Assembly (NCBI GenBank): GCA_002269645.1
Contig: NIVC01000085.1
Coordinates: forward strand, 682,001 to 746,000
Reading direction: 5' to 3'
From: Macrostomum lignano
Lineage: Eukaryota
DNA length: 64,000 bases
Shown: positions 17,889-31,227 of the stretch, piece after piece
Layout: each line of letters begins with the position of its first letter
Numbering within the stretch: the first letter of the stretch is position 1
The notes under the pieces: generated by a model
The model's database searches: none
The model's input: only the letters and a program-made list of their open reading frames with translations
Told to the model about the DNA's origin: nothing
Made by a program: the position numbers and the translations under genes

Positions 17889-19346
17889 CGGCTGTTGTGT
17901 CTGTCTTTAGTCACCTAATTAATTGCTTCAAGAACGGCAGTGTCCGATTGGTAAGACCTGATCAATCGAGCTGCACGAATTATTCAAATTTGTTTCCTTT
18001 AAATAGCCGCAAATTGACGGCAGATGCGTCACAAAATGAGTTCGGGTGGAGGCTACCAAAACTATTTGCAGCATTGAGAAGTGGTTCGTGCGCAGATCGA
18101 TTTGAAAGCGCATGCATAATCAGTAGGTGCAAATAGAAGACACGGAAAGGCTCGCGGTTTCGAGTTGCAGAGTTGCAGTACGCGACGAATTGCGCAGTAA
18201 ACTTAATTTCTATCGACTAGCTATTCATACTTCGGCATTGACCAGGTGCAAAAGTAGAGATTATATAATTGTAAGAAAGAATCAAGCTATAACTCATCAA
18301 TTTAGAATTTGGCGTTTTGCTTTACGAGATCTAATTATCCTGCTCTTATGACGCTTCTTATGACGCAACTTGGACTCACCTGCGAGACCAGTATAAAGTT
18401 CAAGCGCAGATCGCCACATCAACTGAAACTCGAACTTTCTCCAGACTTTCTATAAAAACTGCACTTAAGTGTCTGCGCACCTGACTAAATTTAGATAATT
18501 TAGTTACTCCTGTAGAAAATCTACCACAAATTAGTAGCATAGAATCCTATAGGAAATATGCTAAAAATTAAGACTTGTATTGTTCTAAATTTTATAAACT
18601 GTAGAGCTCACTACTGTAGACCTAATTTTATATAGAAAATATTTGCACAAATATTTCACCCATGAATGACTGGGGAAATGACCCAGGATATTAACAACAT
18701 CAATTGCGATCACAAACTAAATATCAAAAACATAGCCGTGTGAAGATCATAAAATCCAAATGTAGTTTCATTGCCAAAATTATACTTTACGAGCAAATAA
18801 GGAAAGCAGAAATTTCCGTTATATTCAAGGGGAAATTTTATTGTTGCTACAAAAACTGGCAACAACTGGAAGGAAGGAATTGGTTTTTAAAGTTACAAAA
18901 TATACATGGGGAAATGGGGAAATCAAATGACCCCTGTCATCACCAAATATGTACATGATTGTGACAGGTGTTTGATCAAATACTTCATGCTTGCATTGAG
19001 AAAGTTGATTTTCAACCTTTAATTATGCTCATGTATGAATTAAATAAGGATTAAGGAGGCATAAATTCTCTAAAAAACATGTGGAACACCTGAGCGAGTG
19101 AGAGCTGAAAAAATACTAATTTGCGCTGTTTGTGAGATGAAATCAGCTGCTTTTCTTTGTGACCCTGCAAGGTACAAATGTAGCGGTTTTGATGTTTCCT
19201 AATGTATTGGGTTTTTCCTACATTTTTAAGGTCGAAGCGTTCATAGCTGATATGCGTAAACATGTAAACAGGTGTGTAACGGATTCCGATCTATTATCAA
19301 GGACTACTAAAGTAGAAGGACGCAACACTCGAAATCTATATAAAAT

Positions 19347-19685
19347 GTTTTGAAGGCCACTTTTCCAAACATCAATTTTGAATGAATGCACTTGGAAATG
19401 TCTTTTTTGATGGGACCTTTGAAGTTTATTCCTCTTTAAGATAAAATAGCATCCGGGGCTTTGGCTTAACTTAAGTTTCTTTTATTTTCCATTTCTTAAG
19501 GCAACCCATTTTTTCGACAAGGTATGCATGCCTTACTATCTCAAATTAGTTACGTGCCTTCAACTTTATTTCTAACTCTTCGAAGGGTTCGATTTAGCCG
19601 TGTTGAATCTGTAAACAGCATAAAAAATTTTAATTGCAAAGCGTTAGTATCCAGCAAAGTATTTATTTAAAGTGGCCTTCAAAAC
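19347..19685. mobile_element. Putative MITE with perfect 17-bp terminal inverted repeats
   Basis: GTTTTGAAGGCCACTTT (19347-19363) and AAAGTGGCCTTCAAAAC (19669-19685); no clear TSD. Confidence 0.55.
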
Positions 19686-20578
19686 TTGTTCCTTTGAAAC
19701 TTGAGTGTCGCATACTGTATATAACGTTGATTTAGTTGACTGACTAAGCAAGGAAATAAACAAGTTCACATGGGTCCTGTGTTGAGGAGCAGAGGAATGT
19801 TCGGCGGTGAACTTGTCTGACTCTCTGAACCCCGGTTTGATTCCTTCCTAGCAGGAAACTTGACCCTGGGGTTGTCGTGCGGTTTACATGGCGATGAGGG
19901 TCTATACCAACCTAGCCCCGGAGCCCGGACGGACTTCAACATCAGAAATGTACACATGTATACACTCTCTGCGCCTACGGTAGAGACAAACCTAATTGAG
20001 CTACTGGTGAGATATTCTGCACCCCCATATACTACTGACTAAGTACTCCTCACTATCGAATAATATGTTCTTTTCTCACATCAGACTCAAATAACTCGTA
20101 AATAAATACTTTTAACAGTATAGGAATACTAAACCATTTTTCCGCCCGTCGGGTTACCAAGGGAGATGAAGTAAGGAATGAAGTGGGGGGAGCGGTGTGC
20201 GAGGGTTGGACGGATTAAAGCTGCCCCGATCAGTTTTCTCGTATCTTTTACTTCATAATAGTCCATGAGAAACTGCTCACTGGCGCTTAGTGGCGACTTT
20301 TCAGTGTTTCTGAGTATATTTGCGCGGCGCCAAACACGAAGCAACGCAGGCACACGTTATGTGTTGCGCACCTTCTCGAACAAGAATCAAGTCGCCTGGC
20401 CACCGGAAAGTCGAAATATTCAACGATTTTGCAAGGCTTTTTTGCCGACCAAGGCGCTAGTGTACACAATACACCCCTGTGCGTCAATCAGCACTGCGTC
20501 TCAGTGCAGCTTTGCCACGCCTCCAAATTTCATCATGACTTCATTGGTCACTGGCCATCACCCAGGCGGAGCTTCTGG

Positions 20579-20777
20579 ACCTTCAACAGGTGGCACCAGG
20601 TGACTATGAACACCCTGTTGCGCATTTCTCCATTTTCGCTACCAAACTTCAACAGTGGGCAAACCTACGCTCGTAACTGATGGACATCCACAGCCAGTCT
20701 CTCAAGCATTCCGTCATCACCCCGACGCCATCGACACCTTCAACAGGTGGCACCAGGTGACTATGAACACCCTGTTG
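20579..20777 (+). repeat. Two identical 42-bp direct repeats 157 bp apart
   Basis: ACCTTCAACAGGTGGCACCAGGTGACTATGAACACCCTGTTG at 20579-20620 and 20736-20777. Confidence 0.9.
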
Positions 20778-21066
20778 GGAATTTCGAGGTGATGAGTGAT
20801 GACAAAAAATCTCACTAATAGTCTACTGTTTATATACTTAAAACAAAAAAGCAATAAAAATAACGAAATGAAAAAAGAAATGAGCATATTATTATTTTAT
20901 TCCAATTTTCAGCGCACAGAGTCGACTCAAATTTGAGCAGTGCCAGCGAAGGGTGTCTCATTTATTTATTTTGACTAATCAAATTGCAGCTCTTGACAGC
21001 TCCAACAAAGCCTCAGCAAAGTCACATTAATCAACACGATGACTGACTAACTGGCTCAACAGGCCT

Positions 21067-21801
21067 TCACTTAGCAGCGCTGGTGCTCTCGCGCATAGAG
21101 TGGGAGCGGGACCGCTTCCTCTCCGCCTTTCGCTCCCTGGCCTCCTTGGCCCGCTGGCCAATCAGCTTGGCGTACTCGGCCGCCTCTTCGCGCTTCTTTG
21201 TGGCGCGCCGGCGCTTCAGAGCCACGCGATGGCGCTTGCGCTGCAGCACAATCGGCGTCACCAGGCGCTGGATCTTCGGCGCCTTGGTGCGCTCCGGCTT
21301 GCCCTCCTTGGTCTTCTTCTTCTGCCGGATCACGTAGGCCCGGACGTCGTCTTTCTTAGTCAGCTGGAACATCCGCCGGATGTTGGAGGCCCGCTTCGGG
21401 CCCAGACGGCGCGGCACGGTGGTGTCAGTGAGGCCGGGGATCTCGCCGGGGCCTTTGTGCACAATCACCAGGCTGAGCACCGACAGGTTCGAGTCCACGA
21501 TGCAGCCGCGCACAGATTTGCGCTTCCGCTCGCCTGTCCGGCGGGGCTTGTAGCAGGAGTGTCCGGCGGACAGCAGCAGGCGGACACGGCCATTGGTGAG
21601 CACGCCCTGCTTCATGGGGAAGCCCTGCTTGTCGTTGCCGCCGCTGATGCGGACAACGTAGCCCTTCCACTCCTCGCCAAGGCTGTCAGCTGGCACCTCG
21701 GCCGACATGCGCTTCTCAAAGAACGGCGTCAGCTTTTTGATGTCGTCAACTTCGAAGCATTTCTGCGATCCAGCAGTCGGGAAACTGACGTTGATCTTCA
21801 T
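21067..21801 (-). CDS. RPS6: 40S ribosomal protein S6 (eS6), 244 aa, intronless CDS
   Basis: MKINVSFP...[28 protein letters not shown]...[12 protein letters not shown]...[11 protein letters not shown] and a C-terminal Ser cluster. A polypyrimidine tract and AG acceptor lie 10 nt upstream of the ATG (exon starts 21811). Confidence 0.97.
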   Translation of the reverse strand: MKINVSFPTAGSQKCFEVDDIKKLTPFFEKRMSAEVPADSLGEEWKGYVVRISGGNDKQGFPMKQGVLTNGRVRLLLSAGHSCYKPRRTGERKRKSVRGCIVDSNLSVLSLVIVHKGPGEIPGLTDTTVPRRLGPKRASNIRRMFQLTKKDDVRAYVIRQKKKTKEGKPERTKAPKIQRLVTPIVLQRKRHRVALKRRRATKKREEAAEYAKLIGQRAKEARERKAERKRSRSHSMRESTSAAK

Positions 21802-24499
21802 GGTCGGGCAGCTGAAGGGTTTAAGAAAGAGAGTAGCAATGTGAGGGTAAGAGAGAGAAGATATCTTGGAACCACTCTTTTCTTGCAAGTTTTTTTACAG
21901 TTTTTTGACCCGTTTTACTCAGTTTTGTATTGGAGACAACTTGGATCTTGAAAAATTCTCACTTAGGCATATGTAATTATTTACTTTTTAGTTACTTCTT
22001 AGCAGAATTTTCCAATTGACTTCTTCATCAATCGTTCACACAGACCCCTATTCACTCCAACAGACCAAAACAATATATAAAAAAATAATTATAGTCGTGT
22101 AAATAGCATCATTTTCGCTCTCGCGTGCGCGTGAACTTATGTGTTTTATGCTCAGTGTACAATCGCTAGTGTACATTGCAAAATCAAATATAAAATATCT
22201 TGCTTGGCTTTAGCCACTTCGTGTTTTCTCGGACTAGCTCAAACCTGCCCTTTGCTTATTTTACAGTCGATTATTGTTAAAGTCTAAAACCTTAAATCCT
22301 TAACAGTATAACTAAGGCCTGTCTGTTGAGTTCAGCTCAACTAATAATGAAACTCAACTAAACTAAAATTTACTGGAATGCGGGGTGAAGACTCGCGCTT
22401 TGTCAGGTGGCAACCCAGATATAAATCCAATCACCACTCGGCAACTGTATTGATCCAGCCTATCTTAGAGAAGTCTCCCAGTATTGATGGACCAGAGATG
22501 ACCTACAATGATGCTTTTGAGTCTGTAGAAATCTCACTATGAGCCACAGAAGGTTGAATGGGAAAATTTCTCATTGCCTCCGACACAAAAAGCGCACTTC
22601 CTACCCATGACATACCTTGCTTGCAAGACAAGCATAGCTCAGCTTTGTTGAAGTGTGAGTACTTCTGTATTCAATATAAGGTTCTATGACAATTGAATTA
22701 GGTTCTAGATTAGGCTCAGGTACTCAATTACCTAAGTGACTCCACCACTCACCCCCTACAAAGACTATTTCTACTTATGGAGGTAAGATTTATACCCATA
22801 TGAATTACACTTGTACAAGGCCAGCCTCAGCCTCAATATATTAATCCTCAGTGCCCATGAAATAGGAGATACGGAATAGCAAATGCTATTGTAGTATAAA
22901 ATAATATAAATAATTTTGATTTTGATAAATGTTTTTCTTGAAATTTTGTTGTTGAAGTTTATATTGGCTGCTAACAAAAGTTTTGTTTTTCCTCATTTAA
23001 CAAGCATGAGTATTCTCAAGTGTTTATGCAATTACAATAAAGCTTTAATCTCAATATAAATCATATTTTAGCTGAGATTTTCACTAAATTCATTTCTTGC
23101 AACCTCTGGTCCCTGCCTAATTGAATGTTAACACTTGGTTGCTATCAATTAACTCAACCCAGTCCATTTTGTGTCAATCTGGCTACTTAACTTGCTAGAT
23201 TTGTTTATGTATGAAGGCTGTATGTCCTTATGGAAAGTGGTGCTATCAGTTCTTTGCAGCAAGGATAATAGCAGGCATGTTGAAAATTTATTTTAAAAGA
23301 CCTTGTAGTAAATAAAATGCATTTTTAATGAGTAGCTCTAGATTGCTATTAAAGATAGTGATAGTTTAATAATCTGAATAGTAAAAACTTGAACTTTTAA
23401 TAAAGTACTATGAAAGTATTAATAATAAGAGGGTCATTATCCTAATAGTTTCTGCAATATTATGAGTTATTAGGGCATTAAAAATTGTAGCATTCTCAAA
23501 TTTTAAGTACATGATATATGATTGAATCTTGAATGTGCAGTAAATTTTATTGTGCACCTACTAAAAAAATTGCATTGCTTCAATAAAAGTAAAATTTAAT
23601 TAGTAACTATTACTTATACAATAGTTATTAGTCAATTGGTGCCCATGTTTATCCAATGCGACCTATACTTCTGCGTTTGATATTTAGCCTTAGGCTTGAT
23701 AGAAAAAGCCAGCACCTATGCGACAATTATTTAACCGCATGCGACTCATTATTCATTTGCTCAATTGCGTGTCATTAACTTTGCGAGATCCTTTTACTGT
23801 AAACCTTGTAGTCCTACTCATGGCTGAAGGTATCTTTGAATTCTGCAAGCTGTTTTGCTCTGGTGCCCCAGTCGTTTGCCCTGCTTAGGTCTAGCCACTT
23901 TGGCTCTAGGCCTTGTCTTCAGCGGAGGGCATCGGAGGTAAACCACCCCCATTTTTGTTCTGACCGAGCCCCCAAGCCTGGGAAAATTTGTGAGGGCGCC
24001 TGTCCAGCCCTTCCCCAGTGCCATTTGTCTTGTGTAACTCCCCATGGATATCTTAGTTTAACTAGGTCACTATGCCTGTATCTATCTGCTATCCTAGCTT
24101 TAGTAAAAGGAGCTACATATGTCCTTTACTATTATTCTTAATTTTCTAAACTACTGTTTATGCGATTGTTCAGCCCCCCCTCTCTCTCTCTAACCACCAA
24201 CCTATTTATGTGAGCTGTGTAAGGCACCCCATTCATTTATTTTGATTTTGGACCCCTGCCGCGTGGTTATCTATTTTATGACTCCTTGATTCATGCGCCT
24301 ACCCCAACTTTGTGTGCCACCTTAGAGTGCACAAGGGGTGATGGCTCAATTCCAGCGGTTGAATTTTATTTCCTCTGGTTGGTTTGAAATTCCACCAGTT
24401 GGGATATCTTGTGCCCTATTTAAAGGAGCCTTTTCTAATTTTTCAATATTGCTGATCTGACCTGCTAATTGAAGTTTTGGACAACTGCATCATGCTCCG

Positions 24500-25058
24500 C
24501 CACATTGACAAGCTTGTGCTATGAGTTCCAACAACCCGAATGATTCTGCCAAGCTGCCAACCAACCGAACACATTGGCTACCAACAAGCGAAGTTGACGC
24601 CCTGCAGGCTTATGCCGCCGCAAGCAACATGGCACCAGTGCGAGATTGACTGCGCCAGGCTTTGAACATGGCCTTTTTGCAAGCGGCCAATAAGGGCTGG
24701 GTTCAGGTGGACGCGCCATGGCAGGCCCTGTGCCGCCAAATGCCTCCGCCTGTCACTTGGGATCTGTTAGATGAAACCCTGCAGCGCGCGGAAGAATGCC
24801 TGTGGCAAGGAGGACCCCGGCCAGCCATTGCCTTACTGGTGACCATTGCATATTGGGAGGCCAGCCACCTCTAGCAAGGATGGCTCCTGCGCCTGCGGCA
24901 ATTTTGGGACGCTGCTATTGAACGCCGCCCCAAGCACCTGCATTACAACGGTCAATGGCTGCAGCTGCTTGGCGTGCCGCCCCAGCCGAGGCCTGTCCAG
25001 CCCGACCCTAGTGCTCCTGCTTGCCGAGGCTGGCCGGCGACGCAGGGCCGGCAGACCT
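24500..25058 (+). pseudogene. Stop-interrupted ORF of an older retroelement-like region, split by the hAT insertion; continues at 35833
   Basis: One frame reads ...EVDALQAYAAASNMAPVRD*LRQALNMAFLQAANKGWVQVDAPW...SHL*QGWLLRLRQFWDAA.... GC-rich sequence resumes directly after the right TSD at 35833. Product unknown. Confidence 0.35.
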
Positions 25059-25406
25059 CTGGGTTTTTTTTTGCCAGAGACAAGGTGCAAAATCGCACCT
25101 TGTGCCAAATTTCAAGGTGCAATTTTAAGGCTCAGAGTGCAATTTCTCTTGAGTCTTGTTTCAGACAACTGGGAATATATAGACATGTCTTATGTCTATA
25201 CATCTTTGTACAAAGAATGCCTTGACTTCTTGTCTATTATCTCATCTTCAGATTGCTGCTTTGATAAATGGTAACATGATGAAAAATACTATAACAAAGA
25301 AGTTGCTACTTTGTATCAATTCTCCCATTTTTTCATAGGAGAAAAATTGAGACTGGTCACTGAAATATTACAATATAGTATGAAGCAAAGAGTACCAACA
25401 CTTCAT

Positions 25407-25424
25407 TGGTGGCAGCGGTGGGAT
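25407..25424 (+). promoter_or_regulatory. Primer-binding site (tRNA-Leu)
   Basis: TGGTGGCAGCGGTGGGAT is the complement of the 3' end of animal tRNA-Leu (…ATCCCACCGCTGCCACCA), 1 nt after CTTCA. Confidence 0.85.
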
Positions 25425-25499
25425 CTGACTTCAAAACACCCAAGCCAACTGCCCTTTTCGAGAACAACTTTTTGGCCACTCTGAGAACCGAGGATTGCC

Positions 25500-28400
25500 A
25501 TCAATTGTCGAGCTGGTGAAGTCGAGACTGCACCCTAGCTGCAACACTCTGGAAGCAGCTCCAGCTCTGATGAAGATGCCTGAAGGTTGAGGCTATATCG
25601 AGGTCGTCAACACTGCTGACTGCGAGGTGTTTCTGCAGTCGGGCATCTGCGTTGGTGTTGCGACACCACTTAGAACTGCCGACCTGATGTACCTGAAAGA
25701 GACGCCGGAACCTGAAGTGCAACATTTGCCAAAGAGCCCTGAAGAGTCCAGCACAGCTTGGCTAGAGGAAGTCGAGATCAACAGCAAACTGTTCGAAGAT
25801 CAACAACAGAGATTGCGAGATCTACTAGTTGAGTGTCAAACAGCCTTCTCAAAGCACCTGCTAGACGCTGGCCTGACATACCTGGTGACCCACGAGATCA
25901 TCCTGAAGGATCGGACACCAGTTGCGCTACCACCGCGCAGGATCCCGCCTCATTTGAAGGACAAGTTAGATGCCCTGCTAGACGAGATGCTGGCGAAGCA
26001 CATCATTTGCCCAGCATATTCTAGCTACAATTCACCAATGCTGATAGTGCCCAAGAAGGCCGGCAACATCAGGCTGGTGCATGACTTCAGAGCTCTCAAC
26101 AACAAGTGTGTGTACCACCCATACCCGCTGCCGCACATTTAGGAGACCTTTGCAAAGCTGTGTGGTGCCCAGTGGTACTCTAGCCTGGACCTTGCACAAG
26201 GATTTTGGCAGATCCCACTGCGTGACTCCAATCAGCACCTGACAGCATTCTCTGTGATTGACTGAGGACAATTCTGTTTTAATTTTCTACTGATAGGTCT
26301 CCACGACAGTCCCGGAAGCTTTCAACGCTGCATCAACAAGCTCCTGGATGGCCTGACGCCAAAGACTGCGCTTGGCTATATGGATGACATTGTGGTGCAC
26401 TCAGTGACCTTCGAGGAGCAGCTGGACAACCTGTGGACTGTACTTCAGCAGATTATTGCAGCCAACCTCAAGATCAAGCCGAAAAAGTGCCATTTGTTCC
26501 TCAAGGAGCTGCATTATCTAGGTCATGTCCTAACTCCCGACAGCCTGAAGACCTGTGAGGACAAGATTGCGCAGATCCGTGATTGGCCCGTGTCACAGTC
26601 CGTTACTCAACTGAGACAATTCTTAGGCCTTGCCAATTACTACCACAAGTTTGTCAACGGCTATGTTGGATATGCTGCGCCGCTGCATGCCCTGACTCGA
26701 AAGGACATCGGCAGCCTGCGGCAGCATTGGACTGATAAGCACCAGGTAGCGTTTGACATGTTAAAGAAGAAATTGTGTTCGACCGAAATTCTTGCTCTGC
26801 CTGAGTTTAACTCAGATCCTGATGTGAAGTTTGTCCTCGACACTAATGCCTCAGACATTCGCATAGGCACTTGTCTTGGACAACGGCAATCCAACGGCGT
26901 CAAGCGCCTAATTGCATTCTTTAGCGGAAACTTCGTGATCCTGAGAAGCGCTACACGGTTACAAAGAAAGAGCTGCTTGCAATTGTGGACATTATGCGAC
27001 ATTTCTGTCATTATTTAATTGGCAAGAAGTTTGAAGTTCGTTCTGACCATTGGGCCTTGCTGTGGCTGCTGAACCAGACGCAGGTCACAGGCATCTTGGG
27101 CCGTTGGATTGAGCGACTGAGCGAGTTTTGCTTCCAGCTTCACCATCGCAAAGGCAAGGACCACGCCAATGCTGACGCCTTGTCAAGACGCCCAGAGACA
27201 CCACCGGTTGACTTTGAGCATCCCAATTCTGCAGCCCAACACAATGATGACACCAGCTTGGAGCCGGACTTGGACACCACCCAGAAGGCCACTGCAAGAC
27301 TAGCCCTTTCGAAGAAGGTCCACACTTGCAACAAGGAGGCCAAAACTGCCCTGGCCGAAGACCTGGAGGCCACTGCGCCAGCAGCCCTTCAGCACGACGA
27401 CCATCGCTGCAGTCAACGCCTAGAGACCGGTTTGGAAACCAACCCGGAGGCCACTGACACCTCAGCCTTCTGCAGCAATGCCAACGCCGACTGCCGATGC
27501 TTGGAGATTTGCCCAGATGAAGCCTCGGAGGCCCCTGCTGATGTAGACCTCCTTGATGATGTCCAAGACTGCAGATCTCAGAACCTGGACTGGCCCATGG
27601 ACTACGACTCAGAGGCCCCTAAACAAGCAGCCCTCGTGACGACAGCCCACAACCCGAACCCAGATCAGCAATGTAACTGCAAATCCCTGGAGTTTTACGC
27701 TGAGAGTTCTCGCCGAGTTGACAGAGGCCAGACTCTCGCGACGGCTGCAAGGTCAACACTCTGCCCCCCGAGCCGACAGACAACTGCTCATCACCTGTGC
27801 GGAAAGTCGAGTCCCCCTTTGCGACACCGCCCAGTGCAGGAGAAGACTCACCCAATGACGACAATGATTGAGCCAACGGCTATAGCTGCCTGCAACGAGG
27901 CGTGCTTCACATGTTGCATCTTGCCCTACAGCCAAGAGTCGCCTAGGCTGTGCAGTGGAGGCAAGTGCACTGCTCCAGCTGCGGAAATTCCTGTCAAGAG
28001 AGTGACAATAAGAACTTTGAAACGAGATCAGCGATTGTACGCCAACGTTGTGAGACAAAGTCCCTCAGAGCAACCTAATCCTGATGCCAACAAGACAGAG
28101 TCGTGTGATCCACTGCGAGCCAAAGAAGCGGAGACTGCGGGAGTCATGAACCCTCAGCCATGCCACGCTATGCTTACTGATTTTCTGAGGTTGCGAATGA
28201 CGCGGCAACAGTTTGTCGACGCACAGCGCGCCGACCGAGCTATCAGTTATGTGCTCAACTTGGTCGAGAACAAAGCCCCGAAGCCTGAGTTCAATGCCCA
28301 GTTGTGCCTGTCAAAGGAGCAGCAGAACCTGCTTGGTTATTTTGAGAATTTGCGAGTGGAGGACGACTTGTTGATGATTGACCTGACTGACGGTCAGCAG

Positions 28401-29600
28401 TCCCCGAAGGTTGTCCTGCCTGAATCCCTTGATGCCCAGGTGCTCCAGGAGCTCCACAGTTCGCCAGTGTGTGGACACCTAGGCTAGACAAAAACGCTGA
28501 AACAATAAAATGTCACCGAGAATTTTATCAGCAGATGCTGTGCCTGTCTCAAAAGCAAATCACAAAGGCGAGACAAAGTTCTAGTTCAAAGCTTCCTAGT
28601 CTACAAAGTACTAGGAAGAGTACACTGCAATGTAGTAGGCCCTATTGCCCAGAAGAGCAAGAGAACTGTTACATATTGACCTTGTGCGATGCAACGTCGA
28701 AGTACCCATTTGCCTACCCGATGAGGAACCAGAAAGCCAAGACCATCATCAAGATCCTGCAGGAGCGCCTCATCCCGGATTTTGGTGTACCCTGCTAGAT
28801 CCACACAGACCAAGGCACCAACTTCACCGGCTCCACCTTCAAGAAGTTCTGCAACCTGTTTGGCATTCGACATGCTACAACAACACCATACAACCCAGCT
28901 TCCAACGGTCAAGTCGAGAACCTCAACAAGCAGCTGAAGAGCGTTCTCACCTGTCTCCTTGAGCAAAACCACAATGACTGGGACACCTTCTTTCCAGCCT
29001 GCCTGATGGCTCTCCGCTCTAATGTACACCCAGTGACAGGGTTCATACCCTACTACCTGGTGTTTGGCCGTGACTTCCGACTGCCGATTGACAATGCGCT
29101 GAAGAAGCTGCCCAAGTATGCTGACTTGCCCAACTATGTCAAGGACTTCCAATGCCTTCTTGACAATGCCACTGAGCTAGCGAAGGATTGTCTGCACCTC
29201 CATCAGCAACTTTGAGATGAGCACTACTCCAACCTGCCGAAGGCCAAGAAGCTTAAGCCCGGTGATCTGGTTTTCCTCAACAACCCGGTGCTTGAACCAG
29301 ACCAGGCGGCGAAGTTTCATCGACCCCGCAAAGCACTCTATAAAGTCATTAAACCGAAAGGCGAGGTAGTCTACAAGATTCGCCGTAGACTGCCTAATCC
29401 GCGATCTAGACGGGATGAACTTGTTGTTCATCGCCGCAACTTGCTCCACGTTCTTGATGCTGACTATGCGATGATTTCAGATCCTGAAGTCGAGAAGGCA
29501 AAGAAGCGCAGACGACAGCCTGATGATCCCGACGGTGCAGGACCTGCGACCCTGCCACCGGTTCCCGAAGACGAGCTTGAAGATCCTAATGACGACAAGG
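25500..29600 (+). pseudogene. Gypsy pol pseudogene: RT, RNase H, long linker, integrase (several stops and frameshifts)
   Basis: SSYNSPMLIVPKK, RLVHDFRALN, SLDLAQGFWQI, YMDD (26380), VLDTNAS, KELLAIV, VRSDH, NADALSR, H-x6-H (LHSSPVCGHLG), CD...HTDQG...SNGQVE, PYYLVFG. Stops at 26140 and 26261 and later; +1 frameshift near 26927. Confidence 0.92.
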
Positions 29601-30079
29601 ATGACAATGTGAGGCCAGCTCTCTGGTGGTACTTCCGGCCTCTGGCGATCCCAGAGGTGCAGCCAGGAGGTGGACCGATCACAACACCAGCAAATCAGGC
29701 AAGTGCACTTCGGCATGAGCCAGTGCTGTATGGTGAATGCCACTTGCGTAAGCCTGTTTCAAGTGCATCTTTGACTGCTGCTTCTTTTTCGCCCGTCCAT
29801 GTCCCTACTCCCCCCAAACCTTTTTCTGTGGTACAGTCTCGTGTACCATTGCCATGCACCACCCCGGTGGAAGCGCTTCTAGAGCCTGTAGGTTTAGGTA
29901 GGCCAGCTAGGGACTGTAGGCCAGCTAGGGACTATAGGCCTCCAGAGAGGCTTCTTATTAGCGATACTAGGCCGCAAATGTACGCTAGTCGCACTGCCTG
30001 CATGCGCGCACAAAATTTAACTCATTCCAGCGCAGAAATGCACCACTCGCGTCCACCAAAGCAAGCTGACTGCTCGAGC

Positions 30080-31227
30080 TTTGATGAGCAAGAGCGATGC
30101 CGACCCTGACCGGCTTTCTGTTCAGCGTACTAAGGCCCCGCAATTGGAGCAGCCGCCGGCCAAATTGAAGGTGCCCTGCAACTGGCTGCAGCCCCCCAGG
30201 TCCATCCTTGACTCCGGTTGGGCCCGCAGGATCATGGGAGATCCCAGATGCCTTGGTCAGGCCATCGGTCACCACCCCCAGAGCGACAAGACCCCGCACT
30301 AGCTTGAACATGCCGCCCTCGCCACTGACGCGGCAGGCGCGCAGTGGCCCCAGCCCCGGAGGTCATCAACCTCACCTGAAATTCGCCCCTGCAGGTTTGC
30401 TGGCTAAGGGATCCCGGGCCAAGTGGCAATGGATCCACGACACGTCACCTTCAGGCAAATGGCCCCGCCGTCCTTCAAACCCAGTTTCTGATGCAGGCGC
30501 CCAACGACCTCCCCCAGCCTGCAACCCGCAGCCTGCCATGGGTGTCCAGCCCGGCGGTGTTGAGCAAGCAACGGCCTAGCGCGGCCGCCTGAAAGATCTC
30601 GACAGCAGTTTCTACTCCATTAGGCTGGCTCCCGAAGCATCCGAGCCACTGAGTGAGACTGCAGCAGTGATCGCAGAGCCGACCTTGACCCCGGCCAACT
30701 GGTCTCCACCACCGGCAGACATGGCCACGTAGACATCGGATGCAGATTTTTGGAGCGACGATGAGGCAACTTATTCGTGGAGCCAGCTTGCCACAGAGCT
30801 TCAACAGGCTCTGCCTATGGCCCCGCCGCCATCACCCGCCGTCCCGCCGCTGGTTGAAGATGCCGAAGCCCAAACAGATACGTTGTTGGACCCCTAGGAG
30901 GTCTTGCCGACCCCAGCCACCTTGGTTCAAGACGCGGCCACTGACCTGGCCAGCTACCTGATCTGCGCCACGAGCACTGGCGAATGGCTGGCCTTTAACA
31001 ACATCTTCTGGCTGTTTCTCCGAGCAGCACCGGACCACATTTGCCAAGCTGTACTAGATATGGTGGCAGAAATTGCCGCCCCAGGCCTAGCCGCGGCATC
31101 CCACCCGATGGCGGCACAGGCGGTCGCCCGCCAGATGGCTAGGGAAATGGCCGGGCACCCGCCAACTGTCCCAGAGGCCTTGGCGCATCTCGGTCAACCT
31201 GCCAATGAAGACCTTCATGGACTGTGA
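30080..31227 (+). pseudogene. Stop-interrupted accessory ORF downstream of the gypsy integrase (env position), Pro/Ala-rich, unknown function
   Basis: ORFs 30208-30579 and 30904-31227 lie in one frame separated by isolated TAG stops; no recognisable domain. Confidence 0.45.

Noticed and set aside
20785-20830. Possible C/D snoRNA (GTGATGA) or hammerhead ribozyme near the 42-bp repeats
   Set aside because: No D box (CTGA) at a suitable distance and no CTGANGA...GAAA core with helices.
21802-21888. N-terminal extension of RPS6 in the ORF track (273 aa)
   Set aside because: It lies upstream of a clear polypyrimidine/AG acceptor at 21812; eS6 begins MK(I/L)N at 21801.
21100-21951. 283-aa plus-strand ORF
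   Set aside because: Antisense shadow of the GC-rich RPS6 CDS. The same applies to antisense ORFs over the ABCH, LINE, transposase, ANK and WSC genes.
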